The notes: generated by a model from the letters alone, not told the origin. A DNA stretch of 64,000 bases from Candidatus Micrarchaeota archaeon (GCA_027011045.1 JALVAT010000013.1:20364-84363), one strand, 5' to 3'; positions 28,658 to 38,202 are shown, counted from the stretch's first letter. A program made the numbers and translations.

Positions 28658-29557
28658 TTATTGGCGTGGGGGCTTTTTTATTTCCACCGTCAGGCCGTCG
28701 TAGGCGGCGGTCACGCTGGGAAAAACGGCGGACGCTTCCGCAACAACCTGAGCGAGGTCGTCGATACGCGGTGAAAAGTGGGTGAGCACCAGCTGGCGAA
28801 CTTCAAGTCTGGATGCAAGCTCTGCAGCCTCTTTAGCCGTGGAATGTAGACGTTCAAGGGCCATCTCGCGGTCCGCATCGAGATACGTGGCCTCATGGAT
28901 CAGAAGATCGGCCCCACGTGCAAGCTCGTTGTAAACAGGGCGCGTGTCGGTGGCGTAAACGAGTTTCCTCCCGGGCGTCGTGTATACCACGTCCTCCGGA
29001 CGGATAACGCGGTCGCCCAAGCGCACTGTTTCCCCCCGCTTTAATCGGGCAACGAGAGGTCCTTCTATCCCAAGCGCTCGGACCACGGAGCGCCGTGCAC
29101 GCACAATGGGCTTCTCCCGCAGGACGTAGGCAAGAGTGGGAACTCCGTGCTTCAGCTCGTAGGCGAGGACCTCAAAATCCCCTAGATCAAGGAGTAAACC
29201 GGGCTCGGCAGGGTGAAATTCCAGGGGATAGTCCACGCCCAGGGGTATGGCGTTCAAATAGTCGCGCAGAGCATCCAAGGATCGCGCTGGAACCCACAAA
29301 TGAAGGGGACGCCGCCTACCGTAGAGAGACATCGTGCTCAGAAGGCCGGGAAGACCAAAAACATGATCTCCGTGGATGTGAGAAATGAAAATGTGCTCCA
29401 CACGCATAAAAGAGCGTCCAAAAACCATAAACTGGCGTTGAACACCCTCTCCAGCATCGAAGAGAAGAGAACGACCCTTGAACTCTACAAGGACCCCTGG
29501 CAGCCCGCGCTCCTTTGTTGGAACCGACGCGCTGGTGCCCAGAAACGTCACCCTCAT
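28658..29557 (-). CDS. rnz: Ribonuclease Z (tRNA 3'-processing endonuclease, MBL fold)
   Basis: MRVTFLGTSASVP start, HIHGDHVFG motif, ~300 aa. Confidence 0.75.
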   Translation of the reverse strand: MRVTFLGTSASVPTKERGLPGVLVEFKGRSLLFDAGEGVQRQFMVFGRSFMRVEHIFISHIHGDHVFGLPGLLSTMSLYGRRRPLHLWVPARSLDALRDYLNAIPLGVDYPLEFHPAEPGLLLDLGDFEVLAYELKHGVPTLAYVLREKPIVRARRSVVRALGIEGPLVARLKRGETVRLGDRVIRPEDVVYTTPGRKLVYATDTRPVYNELARGADLLIHEATYLDADREMALERLHSTAKEAAELASRLEVRQLVLTHFSPRIDDLAQVVAEASAVFPSVTAAYDGLTVEIKKPPRQ

Positions 29558-30513
29558 TTCTGACACACGAAAACCCTCCTGGTAAGGCTGGAGTGCACGT
29601 ACCACTTGAAGGACCGAATCAGCTTAAATCCAGCCGCGGAGAGGGGCCCGGATATATCCTTGTCGCAGACCACAACGGCTCGCCGCCCCCGCTTCAAAAC
29701 ACGGTACATCTCGCGGAAGGAAGAGAGATAGAGCTCACGCAATCTGCCAACGACCTTGGACGAGCGACCGTAGGGAAGATCCGTGACTATTGCATCCACA
29801 GAGCTGTCCTCAAGGGGTAAATCCCGCGCATCGCCATGGAGGACATCTGCAAACAGCCCATAATGCTCAAGATTCTCGCGGGCTCCCGAAACCATTTCCT
29901 CTACGGCATCAACGCCAATTGCATGGGCACCCACCGCAGCAGCCTCCAGAAGTATGCCTCCGGCGCCGGCGAAGGGATCCAGGAGCACCTCGCCGGGCAA
30001 AACTCCCGAGACGTTGACCAAAAGGCGTGCTTCCCTCGCATTCATGGAGGTGGGGTGGTGAAACGGCCTGTTCTTCACGTCTCTTGGGAAGAAGCGCGTA
30101 GGGCTGAGCTCATGGGCAGGTGCAAGAACGTGGTATCTTCCCGAAGCGGGAACGATGTAGACAACGGTTCTTGGATTGCGAAGGTCCACGGATCCGTCGA
30201 GATACCAGCCAACACGACGGTTAAAGCCTGGCCCAAGGGGAGAACGAACGGCAAAGGGGGCATTCTGAACCACGTATCGCCTCAGCCCGCTAATCGTGGC
30301 AAGCGTGCCAAAATCCATCAACCGAGTAAAGGAAAACCAGCGCCTACCCACAATCTGTGTGTACGAGAGCCTTTGCCAAGGGTATTGGGAACACCTGCAG
30401 AGAACGAGTCGATCCGCTACGACACGGCACGGACAGCCCATACGCTGCGCCAGTGCAAGCACCTCTTCCCGGGCAAGCCCCGTAAGACGACCGGAAACCC
30501 TAAAGGCAAGCAC
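29554..30513 (-). CDS. THUMP-domain tRNA (guanine-N2) methyltransferase, Trm11/Trm-G10 family
   Basis: SAM motif I DPFAGAGGILLEAA and motif IV DLPYG; N-terminal THUMP-like region; GTG start chosen to avoid the spurious antisense extension over lon. Confidence 0.6.
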   Translation of the reverse strand: MLAFRVSGRLTGLAREEVLALAQRMGCPCRVVADRLVLCRCSQYPWQRLSYTQIVGRRWFSFTRLMDFGTLATISGLRRYVVQNAPFAVRSPLGPGFNRRVGWYLDGSVDLRNPRTVVYIVPASGRYHVLAPAHELSPTRFFPRDVKNRPFHHPTSMNAREARLLVNVSGVLPGEVLLDPFAGAGGILLEAAAVGAHAIGVDAVEEMVSGARENLEHYGLFADVLHGDARDLPLEDSSVDAIVTDLPYGRSSKVVGRLRELYLSSFREMYRVLKRGRRAVVVCDKDISGPLSAAGFKLIRSFKWYVHSSLTRRVFVCQK

Positions 30514-30562
30514 AAGAAAAGAAGGGTGAAGCAGTATAAAAGCTTCCAGCCAAGTAGCTAAC

Positions 30563-32488
30563 GTGGGCGTACTCGATGATATGGACTTCAAAACGACGGA
30601 GGAAATTCCCGTCCCCGAAAGGCTCATAGACCAGGTCATTGGACAGGAAAGAGCGGTGGAAATCGTCAAGCAAGCGGCGAAGCAGAGACGCCACGTACTC
30701 CTCCTCGGCCCGCCAGGCACGGGAAAGAGCATGCTGGCACGGGCGATGGCAGAGATCCTCCCCGCGGAGGATCTAGAGGACTTTCTGGTATATCCGAACC
30801 CAAAGGACGAAAACGAGCCCATAATAAAGACAGTTCCAGCGGCGGAAGGCAGGAAGATCGTTGAGAAGGCACGCATAGACGCAGCGGCCCGCTTCCAGAA
30901 TATGTACTTCCTGGCGCTGCTTATCCCCCTCCTGTTCTTCGCCTTCGTTACCTGGCTATGGCAGGCGGGCGTGTATCCGGACGTTGTATACGCCGCCTTC
31001 GTCCTGCTCTCCGGAATAATGGGCATTGCCACGGTTATGGGTGTTAGGCAGCGCTACAGGATAGACTACAACATTCCGAAGCTCCTCATAGATAATTCCG
31101 ACAAAAAGAGGGCCCCCTTTGTAGATGCCACAGGCGCAAGATCCTCGTCCTTGCTGGGGGACGTTAGGCACGATCCCTTCCAGTCCGGTGGGCTCGGAAC
31201 ACCTGCGCACCTGCGAGTGGAGCCGGGCGCAATCCACAAGGCTCACAAGGGCGTGCTCTTCATAGACGAGATCGGTACAATATCCTACCGCGTGCAGCAG
31301 GAGCTCCTCACAGCGATGCAGGAGAAGAGGTATCCCATCAAGGGGCAGAGCGAGCGCAGCGCAGGATCCCTTGTGCGGACAACGCCCGCACCGTGCGATT
31401 TCATACTCGTGGTGGCGGGAAACTGGGAGGACCTGAAGAAGATGCATCCCGCCCTGCGATCCAGAATAAGGGGCTACGGATATGAAGTCGTGGTTAACGA
31501 GGACATGGATGATACCCCTGAGAACAGGAAGAAGCTCGTGCAGTTCGTGGCGCAGGAAGTCCGCAGGGACGGAAAAATCCCGCACTTCACGAAGGAAGCT
31601 GTGGAGCTGATAATCCTCGAGGCAAAGAATAGAAGCGGAAAGAAGGGCAAACTCACCCTCCGGCTAAGGGAGCTCGGCGGACTCGTGAGAGCGGCAGGAG
31701 ATATCGCGGTGGAACGGGGGCACAAGTACGTGCTGCCCGAGGACGTGTATACGGCGCTGGAGCGCTCCAAGACCCTTGAGGAGCAGGAGGCGGAGCGCAT
31801 CGTAAAGCTCTACAGGGACTACTCCATCGTCCAGACAGAAGGGTACGTGGTGGGCCGCGTCAATGGGCTAGCGGTGCTCGGACAATCCAACACGGGCGTG
31901 GTCCTCCCGATAGAAGCAGAAGTAACGCCCGCGCAGTCCAAGAGCGGCGGAAAGATCATAGCAACCGGACAACTCCAGAGAATAGCCCGGGAAGCGGTTC
32001 AGAATGTCGCCGCAATCATAAAGAAGGTTGCCAACAAGAATGTGAAGGACTACGACATACACGTGCAGTTTGTCCAGGCCCCGGGTGGCGTAGAGGGAGA
32101 CTCTGCCAGCATATCCATTGCCACCGCAATAATATCGGCAATGACAGGGATTCCCGTAGATCAGAGCATTGCGATGACTGGTTCGCTGTCCATAAAGGGA
32201 GAGGTACTGCCCGTCGGAGGCGTTTCGGCGAAAATCCGTGCCGCCCACGCCGCAGGCATCAAGAGGGTAATAATACCATACGCAAACAAGGATGATGTGA
32301 TCCTGCCTCCCGAGATCGCAAAGGACATTGAAATAATACCGGTGAAAACCATTGACGAGGTGCTAAAGCACGCCCTAAAGCCAGAACCAGGTCTAAAGAA
32401 GATACTTGCACGGCTAGCTGAAATCATAGAGCCCATCGTGGATGCGGTGGTGGACGGAAACACCACCCCTACGCCCGGTGCGGCGTGA
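30563..32488 (+). CDS. lon: Archaeal membrane-bound Lon protease (LonB)
   Basis: Walker A GPPGTGKS, two TM helices inserted in the AAA+ domain, C-terminal Lon protease domain with Ser-Lys dyad (MTGSLSIKGEV). Confidence 0.9.
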   Translation: MGVLDDMDFKTTEEIPVPERLIDQVIGQERAVEIVKQAAKQRRHVLLLGPPGTGKSMLARAMAEILPAEDLEDFLVYPNPKDENEPIIKTVPAAEGRKIVEKARIDAAARFQNMYFLALLIPLLFFAFVTWLWQAGVYPDVVYAAFVLLSGIMGIATVMGVRQRYRIDYNIPKLLIDNSDKKRAPFVDATGARSSSLLGDVRHDPFQSGGLGTPAHLRVEPGAIHKAHKGVLFIDEIGTISYRVQQELLTAMQEKRYPIKGQSERSAGSLVRTTPAPCDFILVVAGNWEDLKKMHPALRSRIRGYGYEVVVNEDMDDTPENRKKLVQFVAQEVRRDGKIPHFTKEAVELIILEAKNRSGKKGKLTLRLRELGGLVRAAGDIAVERGHKYVLPEDVYTALERSKTLEEQEAERIVKLYRDYSIVQTEGYVVGRVNGLAVLGQSNTGVVLPIEAEVTPAQSKSGGKIIATGQLQRIAREAVQNVAAIIKKVANKNVKDYDIHVQFVQAPGGVEGDSASISIATAIISAMTGIPVDQSIAMTGSLSIKGEVLPVGGVSAKIRAAHAAGIKRVIIPYANKDDVILPPEIAKDIEIIPVKTIDEVLKHALKPEPGLKKILARLAEIIEPIVDAVVDGNTTPTPGAA

Positions 32489-33677
32489 ACGCAAAGCCCT
32501 CTGGAGTCCTCGGCTTTATTATCTCCCTAAGCAGAAGCGTGGCGTAGCTCCCCTTCTCCAGGAAGAACCGCACCGTATCGCCCTCTACGCGCATTTCCTT
32601 GGCAGTCTGAAGGATCTTGCGACGGCCGCCCTGTGACGATAGCTTCCGGAAACGGCGGAAAGCAGAAAGATCAACGCCCTCTTCCTCGAGAACGGCTCGC
32701 TCAATTTCTCCCTGAATACCTCCAGCAAACTTGGCCGCGTAACCGGGGATCATGGCAGTGGGGGTACCGTGTAGGAGGATATCACCCCCTGCAGGCTCCG
32801 TACCCTCTTCTAACCTCCGGGAAAGAATCACGTTGAAAAGGTAGGACTGGTACGCGTGGATAAACAGGGATAGAAGGCGGGGATGGAGCTGACGGAATGC
32901 GGACTCGTAGCTTTTCCCTCGGGCCAGCGCACGGAGTATGGTAAACTCCTGACGGAGCCTACGAGGATAGTACGAGAGCGCCTCTCGGAAATTACCCCAA
33001 TCCTCGCTGAGCCTCAGCCGAGCGGCCCTCGTCTGTGGTGGTTCCCACGGAGAGGTTCTCGCAAGGTACTCGCGGGCGGCCAGCTCCCAGTCACCGCGCA
33101 GAATCGCCCTACCAACGAGATGGGATACAAAACGGTATGATCCAAAGCGCTGGTAGCCAAAATAGTTAGGAAACCTGCGAACAACGGGTATGGGTGCCCT
33201 TGCGCCCCGAATGCGAATAGTAAAATAATTTCCAAGCAGCTGACCGAGACGAAGCCTGTGCGGAAGATATACGGGCGTGTGGAACGCCATGTCCTTTAGT
33301 TCAAGTGAGCGGAGATCGCGCCAGCGGACGCCCCGCAGGGATATCCACTGCGCAGTAACCGCAAACTTGTCCTTCGTTCCAGCGAAACCCACATGCCGCC
33401 TGGGAATCTTCAGTAGAGACGCGATACGATTTACCGCATCAATGGTCGCCCAGTCCCTCTTTTCCAGAACAACCCACAGGAAGTCTCCGCTACCTTCCGG
33501 ATCACGGGGAGCCTTTTCGCCCCTAAGAATGCGGAGCTCAGCCATCCCGAGCTCAGGATGTACCTCTTCAACGATGAAATCCTCCGAACGCTCCTTTATT
33601 CTTCCTCCAATCCCTTCAAAATCTGTGAGATAGTACAGAAGCCCAATCTCCTGCTCCCAGTCTTGTGCCTCGCGCAC
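32469..33677 (-). CDS. truD: tRNA pseudouridine synthase TruD/Pus7 family
   Basis: GIGGRIKERSEDFIVEE and FAGTKDKFAVT motifs; the ORF-track N-terminus is spurious because it runs through tRNA-Val. Confidence 0.75.
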   Translation of the reverse strand: MREAQDWEQEIGLLYYLTDFEGIGGRIKERSEDFIVEEVHPELGMAELRILRGEKAPRDPEGSGDFLWVVLEKRDWATIDAVNRIASLLKIPRRHVGFAGTKDKFAVTAQWISLRGVRWRDLRSLELKDMAFHTPVYLPHRLRLGQLLGNYFTIRIRGARAPIPVVRRFPNYFGYQRFGSYRFVSHLVGRAILRGDWELAAREYLARTSPWEPPQTRAARLRLSEDWGNFREALSYYPRRLRQEFTILRALARGKSYESAFRQLHPRLLSLFIHAYQSYLFNVILSRRLEEGTEPAGGDILLHGTPTAMIPGYAAKFAGGIQGEIERAVLEEEGVDLSAFRRFRKLSSQGGRRKILQTAKEMRVEGDTVRFFLEKGSYATLLLREIIKPRTPEGFAFTPHRA

Positions 33678-33700
33678 GCAAACACCCGGAGAATTTTGAA

Positions 33701-33775
33701 GTGGGGCCGCCCGGATTTGAACCGGGGACCTTCGCCGCGTGAAGGCGACGTCATGCCAGGCTAGACCACGGCCCC
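33701..33775 (-). tRNA. tRNA-Val(CAC): tRNA-Val (anticodon CAC)
   Basis: Acceptor GGGGCCG/CGGCCCC, anticodon stem UCGCC/GGCGA, loop UUCACGC. Confidence 0.85.
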
Positions 33776-33905
33776 AACCGCCATCCCGGTTGACATCGCA
33801 AGCTCCGCTTGCGTGCACGCGAACGGAGTTCGCGATGCGTGAGTGTGCATGGGGCTTGCAGCCCCATACTCAGCCGGTTGTGTGGTCGGTTGCTTGCAAC
33901 CGGCC
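33776..33905 (-). repeat. tRNA-flanking structured element, copy A (first 69 nt identical to copy B)
   Basis: ccaaccgccatcccggttgacatcgcaagctccgcttgcgtgcacgcgaacggagttcgcgatgcgtga is identical at 46118; contains a ~17-bp near-perfect hairpin centred on the palindrome gcgtgcacgc. Confidence 0.6.
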
Positions 33906-33998
33906 TCGCACAGCGCCGGCCAATGTGGCGGCCGCTCTACAGACCAGAGTGATTTATGGGGAGAGGAATTAAAAAACTACGAGTCTGGAAAGAACGTG

Positions 33999-34727
33999 GC
34001 CAGCTTTCTGAACGTACTTGTGGCAACGGTTATAGACAGCCTTGCGGGGCTCGTGGGGATATTCTCCCTCTACGTGAGTGAAGAAACCCTGAGAAAAATC
34101 GTTGAGTACATGGTGGCCTTCGCGGCAGGCGCAATGCTCGCGGGAGCGCTCGTACACCTGTTTCCAAAGGCGCTGAGCCTCTGGCCCCACGCACCCATCG
34201 TGGCAATCCTGGGGTTCGCCACGTTCTTCCTGCTCGAGCGAATCCTACACTGGCACCACTGCCATGAAACGGGTGTTTGCGAAGTCCATCCCGTCACAAC
34301 GCTGACGATCATTGGAGATGCGATCCACAACTTCATAGACGGTATTGTAATGGCCGCGAGCTTCCTCGTGGGTTCTGCAACAGGATGGATAACAACTGCC
34401 CTCGTCGTGGGACACGAGGTGCCCCAGGAGCTCGGAAACTTCTCGGTGCTCGTCTATGGCGGTTACGACAAGAAAAGGGCCATTGCATGGACATTCTTTT
34501 CCCAGGCCACGTGCATCCTTGGCGGTATTGTAGGGTGGTTCTTCATGCCCCTCTGGCTCAGGGGGCCGCTACTCGCGTTCGCCGCGGGCGGATTCCTCTA
34601 CATCGGTGCCTCTGACCTCGTTCCTGAGCTCCACAAGGAAAAGGACCTGAGAAAGAGCCTCAGATACTTTGGCCTCTTTCTCCTCGGCACCGCGTTCATG
34701 ATCGCAATAAAGGTGATCGCACATTGA
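33999..34727 (+). CDS. ZIP-family metal (zinc) transporter; GTG start
   Basis: HEVPQELG ZIP signature, multiple TM helices; GGGGAGAGGAA Shine-Dalgarno-like upstream. Confidence 0.7.
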   Translation, partial: ASFLNVLVATVIDSLAGLVGIFSLYVSEETLRKIVEYMVAFAAGAMLAGALVHLFPKALSLWPHAPIVAILGFATFFLLERILHWHHCHETGVCEVHPVTTLTIIGDAIHNFIDGIVMAASFLVGSATGWITTALVVGHEVPQELGNFSVLVYGGYDKKRAIAWTFFSQATCILGGIVGWFFMPLWLRGPLLAFAAGGFLYIGASDLVPELHKEKDLRKSLRYFGLFLLGTAFMIAIKVIAH

Positions 34728-35872
34728 TGCCCTTTGTAGAGGTAAACGAGCGCGCAGCCCGCGAGATAGAGCGAGGGGGGCTCCACGTATATGCGCAAAA
34801 CGTAAAGAAAGCCAAAGCAGACGACGGAGAATGGGTGGAGATCAGGTACGGGCAGAAGACCCTCGGATACGGCTTCTACAGCAAAAGGTCCTCGATACCC
34901 GTTAAACTATTTGCAAGGGAGGAAAAAGAGCCAAAAGAGGTAATTTGGGAGCGAATGGGATTTGCACATGGCTGGAAAAGCAGAATATACGGAGATGTAT
35001 ACCGCTGGATATTCGGAGAGGGCGATCTACTCCCGGGCCTTATTGTAGATAGGTACGGCGATGTAGCCGTTGTAAAGAACAACACCCTCGGGCTAGAAAG
35101 GTATTTAGACACGGTGGTGGAAGTTCTCTCGGACCACGGGGTGGAACACGTTCTACTCCGCGGAGAGGGTCAGGCACGACTAAGAGAAGGGCTCCCAAAG
35201 CGCGTGGAGTGGCTATTGGGGAGGAAGGACAGGACCATCATCGAAGAGGGGCATGCTAGGTTCATCGTGGACGTGTCCGGCGGGCAAAAGACGGGGTTCT
35301 ATTTGGACCAAAGGGAGAACAGAAAGGAGCTCGAGAGATACGTCGAAAGAGGGGATCGGGTTCTAGACGTGTTCGCATCAACGGGAGGATTTGGCATACA
35401 CGCGGCCGTAGCCGGCGCGTCCGTGGAATTCGTGGAGCTCGGAAAGCTGGCAACGGAGCTTATTGGGGAAAATCTGAAGCTAAACGGGGTTAAGGGCAGA
35501 ATCCGCCAGGGAGACGCCCTGGATATAATGAAGCGCCTCGCGGAAAAGGGTAAAAAATACGATGTCGTCGTTCTGGACCCACCAGCACTTGCGAAGGGAA
35601 AAGCAGACCTCAACAGGGCAAAAAAGATGTACTTCCGGATTAACGAGCTTGGAATCGGGCTTCTGAAGGAGGGCGGGCTACTCGTGACGTGCTCCTGCTC
35701 GCACCCTATCACGCCAAGGGAATTCCTGGGGATCGTGGAGGGGGCAGCGGAGAAGCACGGGAAAAACGTACAGATGCTTGGGGAGCTAAGGGGCCAGGCC
35801 CCAGATCACACGGTGTACCTCCCTCAGCCGGAAACGAAGTACCTGAAGTGCCTCTTTGCCCACATCATATAA
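34724..35872 (+). CDS. PUA-domain class I SAM-dependent RNA methyltransferase (RlmI/RlmK-like)
   Basis: N-terminal PUA-like region, central LDVFASTGGFG motif I, DPPA motif IV. Confidence 0.7.
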   Translation: MMPFVEVNERAAREIERGGLHVYAQNVKKAKADDGEWVEIRYGQKTLGYGFYSKRSSIPVKLFAREEKEPKEVIWERMGFAHGWKSRIYGDVYRWIFGEGDLLPGLIVDRYGDVAVVKNNTLGLERYLDTVVEVLSDHGVEHVLLRGEGQARLREGLPKRVEWLLGRKDRTIIEEGHARFIVDVSGGQKTGFYLDQRENRKELERYVERGDRVLDVFASTGGFGIHAAVAGASVEFVELGKLATELIGENLKLNGVKGRIRQGDALDIMKRLAEKGKKYDVVVLDPPALAKGKADLNRAKKMYFRINELGIGLLKEGGLLVTCSCSHPITPREFLGIVEGAAEKHGKNVQMLGELRGQAPDHTVYLPQPETKYLKCLFAHII

Positions 35873-35896
35873 AAACGCCCGCTTCGTATTACACCC

Positions 35897-36649
35897 ATGG
35901 GCCTGTTTGATAGGGCACGCGCATTCATAAGGGGGCTACGGGAAGGTGCAGAGATCGCAAACAGCCTCAATACAGTGGTGGCCATAGCACAGGAAGAGGG
36001 GATTGTAGACAAAATGCCCCAAGACCATGTTGACACATTCGTGGAGGCACACAGGCTGCTCAGGGACCACGAAAACAGGGATCAAATCATCCGGGAGCTC
36101 ATTAGAACCTACGCGCAGCACAAGAAGAGAAACAAGGAGGAAATTGTGGAACTCATGATGAAGCACCTCTCCAGGGCAACAAGGCGTGAGCACATCATCG
36201 CGCTCCACAGAACGCTTCGAACACTGGAGGAGCACAACGTGCCCCACGAACACAGGGCAAAAATCCTAAGGGCGATTCAGGATCCTGAAGACCTCGTGAA
36301 GGTTGCAAATGCTCTAGAAAAGCTTGAAAGAATGAACTTGAAGCACCTGCAGCCAGAGGCCCTCCTCGCAGCGATTAAATACGACAAACCAGGGGAGTTC
36401 CTGGAGCGCAGCGCCGGAGATGTTGAAATAGCAAGGAAGAAGATGTCCATGGCATTCAATAAGATATCCGAGCTAGAACCGGGGGAGTCTGGCCCGAACA
36501 GATATGAAATGCTGGCAATACTCGGAAAGGACTACAGATTGGCTAATGCAGAGGGCAAAAACGCCGAAAAAGAGTACATTGCAAGGGTGAGGGAGCTCTC
36601 CACAAACGGAGGGATAAGAAAGCTCGCTGAAAGGAGGTACGAGCTCTAA
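35897..36649 (+). CDS. Hypothetical alpha-helical protein
   Basis: ORF only. Confidence 0.4.
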   Translation: MGLFDRARAFIRGLREGAEIANSLNTVVAIAQEEGIVDKMPQDHVDTFVEAHRLLRDHENRDQIIRELIRTYAQHKKRNKEEIVELMMKHLSRATRREHIIALHRTLRTLEEHNVPHEHRAKILRAIQDPEDLVKVANALEKLERMNLKHLQPEALLAAIKYDKPGEFLERSAGDVEIARKKMSMAFNKISELEPGESGPNRYEMLAILGKDYRLANAEGKNAEKEYIARVRELSTNGGIRKLAERRYEL

Positions 36650-36716
36650 TAAAAGTCACTACCTGTCCCTGCGGCGGTAGAGGGACATATAAAAACAGTT
36701 CACCCCTCTTCCCATC

Positions 36717-37031
36717 ATGTACTTCGATAAAAACGCAATGAAGATGCTACAGCGCATGGGGCTAAAGGTAGAGGAGCTACAGGCAGAAGAAGTCGTAATA
36801 AAGCTAAAGGGGGGAAAGAAGCTCATTTTCGAAGCTCCTCAGGTGGTAAAAACCACAATGCAGGGGCAATCAGCGTTCCAAATAGTGGGAACGCCGCGGG
36901 TCGAGGAGGAGATACCCGAAGAGGACATAAAGCTCGTCATGGAAAAGACGGGAGCACCGAGAGAAGAAGTAGTACGCGTACTGAAGGAGGTAAAGGGAGA
37001 TATTGCGGAGGCGATAATGCGGCTCATGTAG
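36717..37031 (+). CDS. Nascent polypeptide-associated complex alpha subunit (NAC plus UBA)
   Basis: KKLIFEAPQV...GQSAFQIVG NAC domain and C-terminal UBA-like REEVVRVLKEVKGDIAEAIMRL; catataaaaac TATA about 30 nt upstream. Confidence 0.75.
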   Translation: MYFDKNAMKMLQRMGLKVEELQAEEVVIKLKGGKKLIFEAPQVVKTTMQGQSAFQIVGTPRVEEEIPEEDIKLVMEKTGAPREEVVRVLKEVKGDIAEAIMRLM

Positions 37032-37042
37032 TTGCGGGAACG

Positions 37043-37522
37043 CTAGCCGGTGCGCGGCCCTAGCACCTCCTGTGCCCGGGCGTAGACGTTGCCCATCTGA
37101 TCTATCGTCACCTCGTAGTAGATGGGGATAACGTCGCCTACGCGGTGATATGGGAGCACGTAGGCGTAGAGGTTCATATCCCTAACCGTACCGTCCAGGT
37201 TAACATTGGCTTCGACGATGGCATCCCTGTAAAAGAGACCCACATTGTCCTCCTTTAGGATCTGGAGCGTCTTGTTCACGTCCCCAACGGAAATGACAAC
37301 GTAACTACCGTTGCGCGAAACAACGTAAAGACCATTGGTATCCTGGGGAGATACGAGCACCCAATGCGTATCCACGAAGGAGCGGATCACGCCAAAGGTT
37401 TCTCCAGAATACGTGCCCGGTCTAACAGCGGTAGAGGGTACAGGAGAATACACAATGGCGGCGAGGGATGAAAGCGCGAGGAAAATGCCCACAGCCAAAA
37501 CAATGATTTTATTCCTTTCCAT
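37043..37522 (-). CDS. Hypothetical secreted / membrane-anchored protein
   Basis: N-terminal hydrophobic anchor; no family assigned. Confidence 0.4.
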   Translation of the reverse strand: MERNKIIVLAVGIFLALSSLAAIVYSPVPSTAVRPGTYSGETFGVIRSFVDTHWVLVSPQDTNGLYVVSRNGSYVVISVGDVNKTLQILKEDNVGLFYRDAIVEANVNLDGTVRDMNLYAYVLPYHRVGDVIPIYYEVTIDQMGNVYARAQEVLGPRTG

Positions 37523-37559
37523 GGTAGTATTCTTGGTTAAAACGTTTTAAGGTGGTTGT

Positions 37560-38201
37560 ATGGCAAGAGTTCTGCTCATCGCTTACGAAGGACGGGACAA
37601 GGAGACAGGCGAGGTTTTTGACCGCGTCGAGGAGGAGGAACCATATCCCGTCATACTCGGGGAGGATTCCCTTCTCCCTGGGCTTGCCGAGGCCCTAGAG
37701 GAGATGGGTGAGGGCGAGGAACGAGAGATCGAGCTCCCACCCGAAAAGGCATTCGGCGAGCGAAAGAAGGAACTCGTGGTGCTCATTCCACTCAAGGAGT
37801 TCAAGAAACGAGGAATAACCCCTGTTCCGGGCCTCGTCATAGAGGCCGATGGCCGCAAGGGAAGGGTGGTCTCCGTATCGGGAGGCAGAGTTCAGGTAGA
37901 CTTCAACCCCGAGCTTGCAGGCAGAACCGTTGTATACAAGGTCAAGGTGCTGGCAGAGCTCAAGGAAGTCAAGGAAGTGGCCGAGGCTCTCTTCCGCAGG
38001 TACTTCCGGACCAAGCTGGACAGCGTCGACTTCAAGGACGGCGTGCTCGAAGTGGTATATACGCCGACGAGCGCCAAGGACATTCAGCTCCAGAAGCTGC
38101 TCTTCGTGAGCACCATGCTCAAGGCGTTCCCAGAGATAAAGGAAGTGCGGATTGTGGAGCGCTACGTGCGCCGCGAGGAAAAGGAGAGCGAGGAGCAGTA
38201 A
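37560..38201 (+). CDS. FKBP-type peptidyl-prolyl cis-trans isomerase (long archaeal SlyD-like type)
   Basis: FKBP core with insert-in-flap, ~213 aa. Confidence 0.75.
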   Translation: MARVLLIAYEGRDKETGEVFDRVEEEEPYPVILGEDSLLPGLAEALEEMGEGEEREIELPPEKAFGERKKELVVLIPLKEFKKRGITPVPGLVIEADGRKGRVVSVSGGRVQVDFNPELAGRTVVYKVKVLAELKEVKEVAEALFRRYFRTKLDSVDFKDGVLEVVYTPTSAKDIQLQKLLFVSTMLKAFPEIKEVRIVERYVRREEKESEEQ

Positions 38202-38202
38202 A

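Noticed and set aside
30513-31032. N-terminal 170-aa extension of the minus-strand ORF 29554..31032 across the lon start
   Set aside because: The extension is antisense to lon and has no similarity to Trm11 N-termini. The THUMP region begins near 30513, where a GTG start aligns with known Trm-G10 N-termini.
33678-33818. N-terminal extension of the truD ORF (MHASGACDVNRDGG...)
   Set aside because: It reads straight through tRNA-Val and element A, using GTG as a nominal start. The real TruD N-terminus (GIGGRIK...EDF) begins downstream of the tRNA.
33739-33972. 77-aa ORF across element A (and similar small ORFs over elements B and C)
   Set aside because: The sequence is a near-perfect hairpin repeat shared with non-coding copies, so a coding function is implausible.
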